The notes under the pieces were generated by a model. The model did no database searches, was not told the DNA's origin, and was given only the letters and a program-made list of their open reading frames with translations. Below are positions 60,411 through 64,000 of a stretch of DNA of 64,000 bases, one piece after another; position 1 is the stretch's first letter; each line of letters begins with the position of its first letter. The translations under genes were made by a program, and so were the position numbers. Source of the DNA: Chiloscyllium plagiosum (taxonomy: Eukaryota); NCBI RefSeq assembly GCF_004010195.1, contig NC_057719.1, positions 19,329,503 through 19,393,502 of the forward strand, written 5' to 3'.

Positions 60411-63400
60411 TCCTGTTTCTGAAACATCCAGCTGTCATTTTTGCTCACAGACACAGGTACTGTATTAACTTTAACACATGGAAAAAAAGACTGTTAAAAT
60501 AATAAGTGTGACCTAAATTATTCCTGCCTGGTCAGGTAGACATTAAAGATCCCATGGAAGGGTTTGAAGTATATCAGGAAGTTCTCTGCATGTCATGACT
60601 AACTTTTAATGAACAACCAATGCCACCAAACATCTTGCTCTGAGCAATGAATAAATGATACATTAGACTTTTACTTGCCTACAGACATTCATTGAGGTGT
60701 TGTACAGAAGATTCCTAATATCCAACCATCCAAAAAAGCAGTGTCCTCTCTGGAGATCTGGGGCATAGGTGAACAGGGCAAACAATTGAGTATCTCCTGA
60801 ATCAATCAATTTGAAAAATCATTAATACGTAGCACAGTCTTAATCAGGAACTGTCAGTTAGGATAGTGAATTCAAAAGCAAATCCAATACAATAAGTGAG
60901 AGAAGGAAAAATTGTTAGAAGAAACTAAAGAAATAGAATGAAAAAGTAAAAGTAAAAAGCAGTACTTGCTGCGTTAATATTCAGTCTTAAATACTCACCA
61001 AACAAGCTTGATATCCCTAACATTCAACAAGAAACCTGAACCTGCATCTAACAGCCTGAAAGTGCTTTACCATGTGCACAATGAGCTTTTAAGATGGTAT
61101 GGGTGCAAGGGATGTTGGTGTTAAGTAGATGCCTACTGAATGGTGAGTTGTTGTGGGAATGGCACCAGGTAAGATGGGATGGAAATGAGATGTGAGAGAT
61201 GCTGTTGGGATGTGGTAGGTAATTAGGAAGATGAGTTTGGTAAAACAAGGCAAGAGAACTCACTAGACCTTGCAGCAAGGAACTCTGCAATAAATCTGAG
61301 GAACTTGGACTTAGCCAAAAAAAAAGATTCAGCCCATAAAGTTTCTTTGCCATATATTCCATATTCTGTATTCCTGTATATTTCTTTTTAAATTTACAAC
61401 AAAAATGAAAACCTGAAGCAACAGATTATTAGCATTTATAAAAGTAATTTTCAACATCAAAGAAGTTGCTTTGCTGTTTGTAAACTATTAAAGGTTTCAT
61501 ATACTGGAAACACATACGTTACTGGTAAGACTAGTTGGTACTCATGAACAAGCTACAGAAACGTCACATTGTTCAAGGTATTTGAATGAGCCAAATGGCA
61601 TAATGCTATTTTCAACTCCTGAATGGCTGGACCACACCCCTTGACTATCACATTAACTGCACAAATGCCATTACTGACTTACAATGTCCGATTTTCATAT
61701 AAAGAATCATGTACAGTATTAGCCTCACTGATTCTTTTACAGTTAAATCCATCCCAATTAATACTGATCTATCTTATTGAAGTGCTTTGCTATGTACTCA
61801 TTAGACACTACTTATTTAGAATATCTTATGTGCTGAGAGCGAGTCTTAATGTGGAAGAATTGAAGTGTTCTGGTGAGATGAACAATTTAAATGATAGTAC
61901 TTCATAGCACCCTTTGAGCCACTTTAAATTTTAAATCTCACAGTGAAGCTTACCTTACACAGATTTGATTTTACTGGCCTAGTCAAATGACGAATGTTAC
62001 AATATTTTCCATATCTTCAAGAGTAATCAAAAAAAATTTGCTGTTTATGTGGTTCTGCAAAATAATTCAAAAGATTTCTCTGTACACAAGACGTGCTGTA
62101 GAAATATAGATCACATTTTTTGAACCACAAACAAACCTTACTGCCCAATAACAGGTTCCTTCATAGATTTTGTTGTGTTTCTGCATGTGGCTTTTGAAGA
62201 ATGATATTCTTTTGATCTGCCTGGGCTATTGACATCTCTTCGGTGATGCAGATAAATCAATAGGTGGTGAAATATGTGCAGTCCAACATGCTTTTGAATT
62301 TCAGCATCATCCTGGAGTATTTCTTTAAAATATTGCATTTGATTAAATAGTGGCAAGGTAGCAGACAGCCAGCAACAGCAGATTTAATTTAAGGATTGAA
62401 ATGACTGATAGTGCATAATAAATTTTGATGCAAAAGTGTACTTACTCTGAATCAATTATAAACATCTGTAGCAATGTTAAATGTGATTCAAATGGATTTC
62501 CATGCCTTGGGGTCTCAATGGTGTGCATGTCAAATTGCTACACAAAACTATGTAATTGTTGTACATTTCCACAACTATACAACAGTCCTAGATAATCAAG
62601 TTTCTGGGGTAATTTCTGTCCCTGATGTTAGATCATTGGCTTGTTTCAACATTCCATATCCTGTTTAAATTTCAAATGAGTTAAAACTTGGTGTTACAAT
62701 TTATTTAAGGAGCTGTGTTTTATTTATGTTCATTCATGGAATATGGACACTGCTATCTTGGCCAGCATTTGTTACCTGCATCTATTTGCCCTTCAGAATG
62801 TGGCGGTGAGCTGCCTCTTTAACTGTTGCAGTCCATGTGCTATTGGTCTAAGTTCCTTTACTGAGATGTTTCACAAGACTTCATGGTTCCAGCCTTCTGA
62901 TTTTAATATGGAGCAGAGGAAATCCTTAAAAGCTTCCAATATGTTGTCAACCACCCAGAAAGATCCTAAGGTCTACCCTGTTCGCTCTATTTGAGATGGC
63001 AGTGTTCAAAATGTAAGTGCAGTTTGGTTACAAGTTTCTCCACCTTATAATTGAAGGCTTTGGCTATGGGGTTCAACAATATATTAGCTTTGGTCAGTTG
63101 CCACTCTGCACTGGTTGGATTTGTTACCAATTGCATCCAGTACTGCTCTCTCGCCTTTGGCTATTTCAGCATCATGCAGACTACCTGTGATACCTATTTT
63201 CCTTACATGAAATACTAAAGTTATTCTTTAAGGTGGGTATGTTTTTAACAATGCATTTTTTCTGCCCACAAGGATAACTCAAATTACTTGTAATTGTATA
63301 GTATTGAAAATAAGGGCTATGAGTGGCTATTTAGATTTGATGGACTTGGATACAGTTTTGGATTTGTAGTGCCTCAGGGCAAGGCACAGAGTGTGAGAAG

Positions 63401-64000
63401 GGAATTAATCAGAGAGCATATTCCTCAGTCTGCCCTGGTATAGCTTTTTGAGGTTCACACAACTGAAAATTTGCTTGCCCACATTAACTTGGCTTGAAAG
63501 AAGTACACATGTTTTAGAGGAGGGATTGAAAAAAGGAAAATTAAATGGTATTAAAAATAAATTGTCTTGTTGTTCAGCAGCGAAAATACTGATTGAAAAT
63601 TAGACCATGTGCTTTCAGCAATCTCCATATTTTTCTGTTAGAAAAGATTGCAATCTCCTTTATTGTGTTACCGATATGACAAACACCCCAGCCTGTCAAA
63701 CTGAGGTGGCTAAATGTTTATCTGCAAAATATGGCCCCGACTATATTTTGTTCTTCTTCAGATTTGTACAGCTGTATACAGACCTCATGAGAGACTGAGT
63801 CTCACAGCTATCATTACACATGTTTTAATTTGCAGTGGTTTCCTCACAGCTGTACCCTATGTCTTAATGAACACACCAGTCGACCACCACTGTCCTTTCT
63901 GTTACACACAAAAAAAGACTTATTGAATTTAAGTAATTACACTTCTCTACTTGCAGTTGCCAAGCAACCTAAACTCTGAACAATTAGATTTGTGGCCCTC

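Noticed and set aside
1..64000. Intact autonomous transposon or prokaryote-type defence system
   Set aside because: All TE frames are truncated or disrupted, and nothing resembles operon-like prokaryotic DNA.

Overview
Vertebrate genomic DNA, most likely from a cartilaginous fish (shark); this is inferred from HE1/V-SINEs, Deu-SINEs, HER1/CR1 LINEs and Penelope-like elements. The window lies inside one large + strand gene. Eight internal coding exons (6487-58268; 996 nt, 332 codons, all GT-AG, phases compatible, no stop) encode the leucine-rich-repeat core of a PPP1R37 (LRRC68)-like protein, possibly a diverged paralogue. Its first and last exons were not found here. Almost all ORFs in the supplied track are spurious or decayed transposon fragments. 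The introns hold nested CR1, Tx1/L1, Rex1, Penelope-like (PLE), SINE, Harbinger and pogo-MITE remnants, an ~8 kb 26-bp C-rich minisatellite with three assembly gaps, and several TE-free islands that may be conserved enhancers. Three signals stand out. (1) A dispersed set of short non-coding PLE-derived elements carries minimal type I hammerhead ribozyme motifs (CUGANGA-stem II-GAAACGUH); they are often fold-backs with 12-16 bp TSDs, and the copy at 46428-46653 has two intact ribozyme cores. (2) Three independent retroelement insertions each contain 30-59 nt apparently copied from DNA 0.4-1.6 kb downstream, suggesting local template switching. (3) A PLE endonuclease region is split by a twin-priming-type inversion. 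Family assignments come from recognised motifs, not from database searches.
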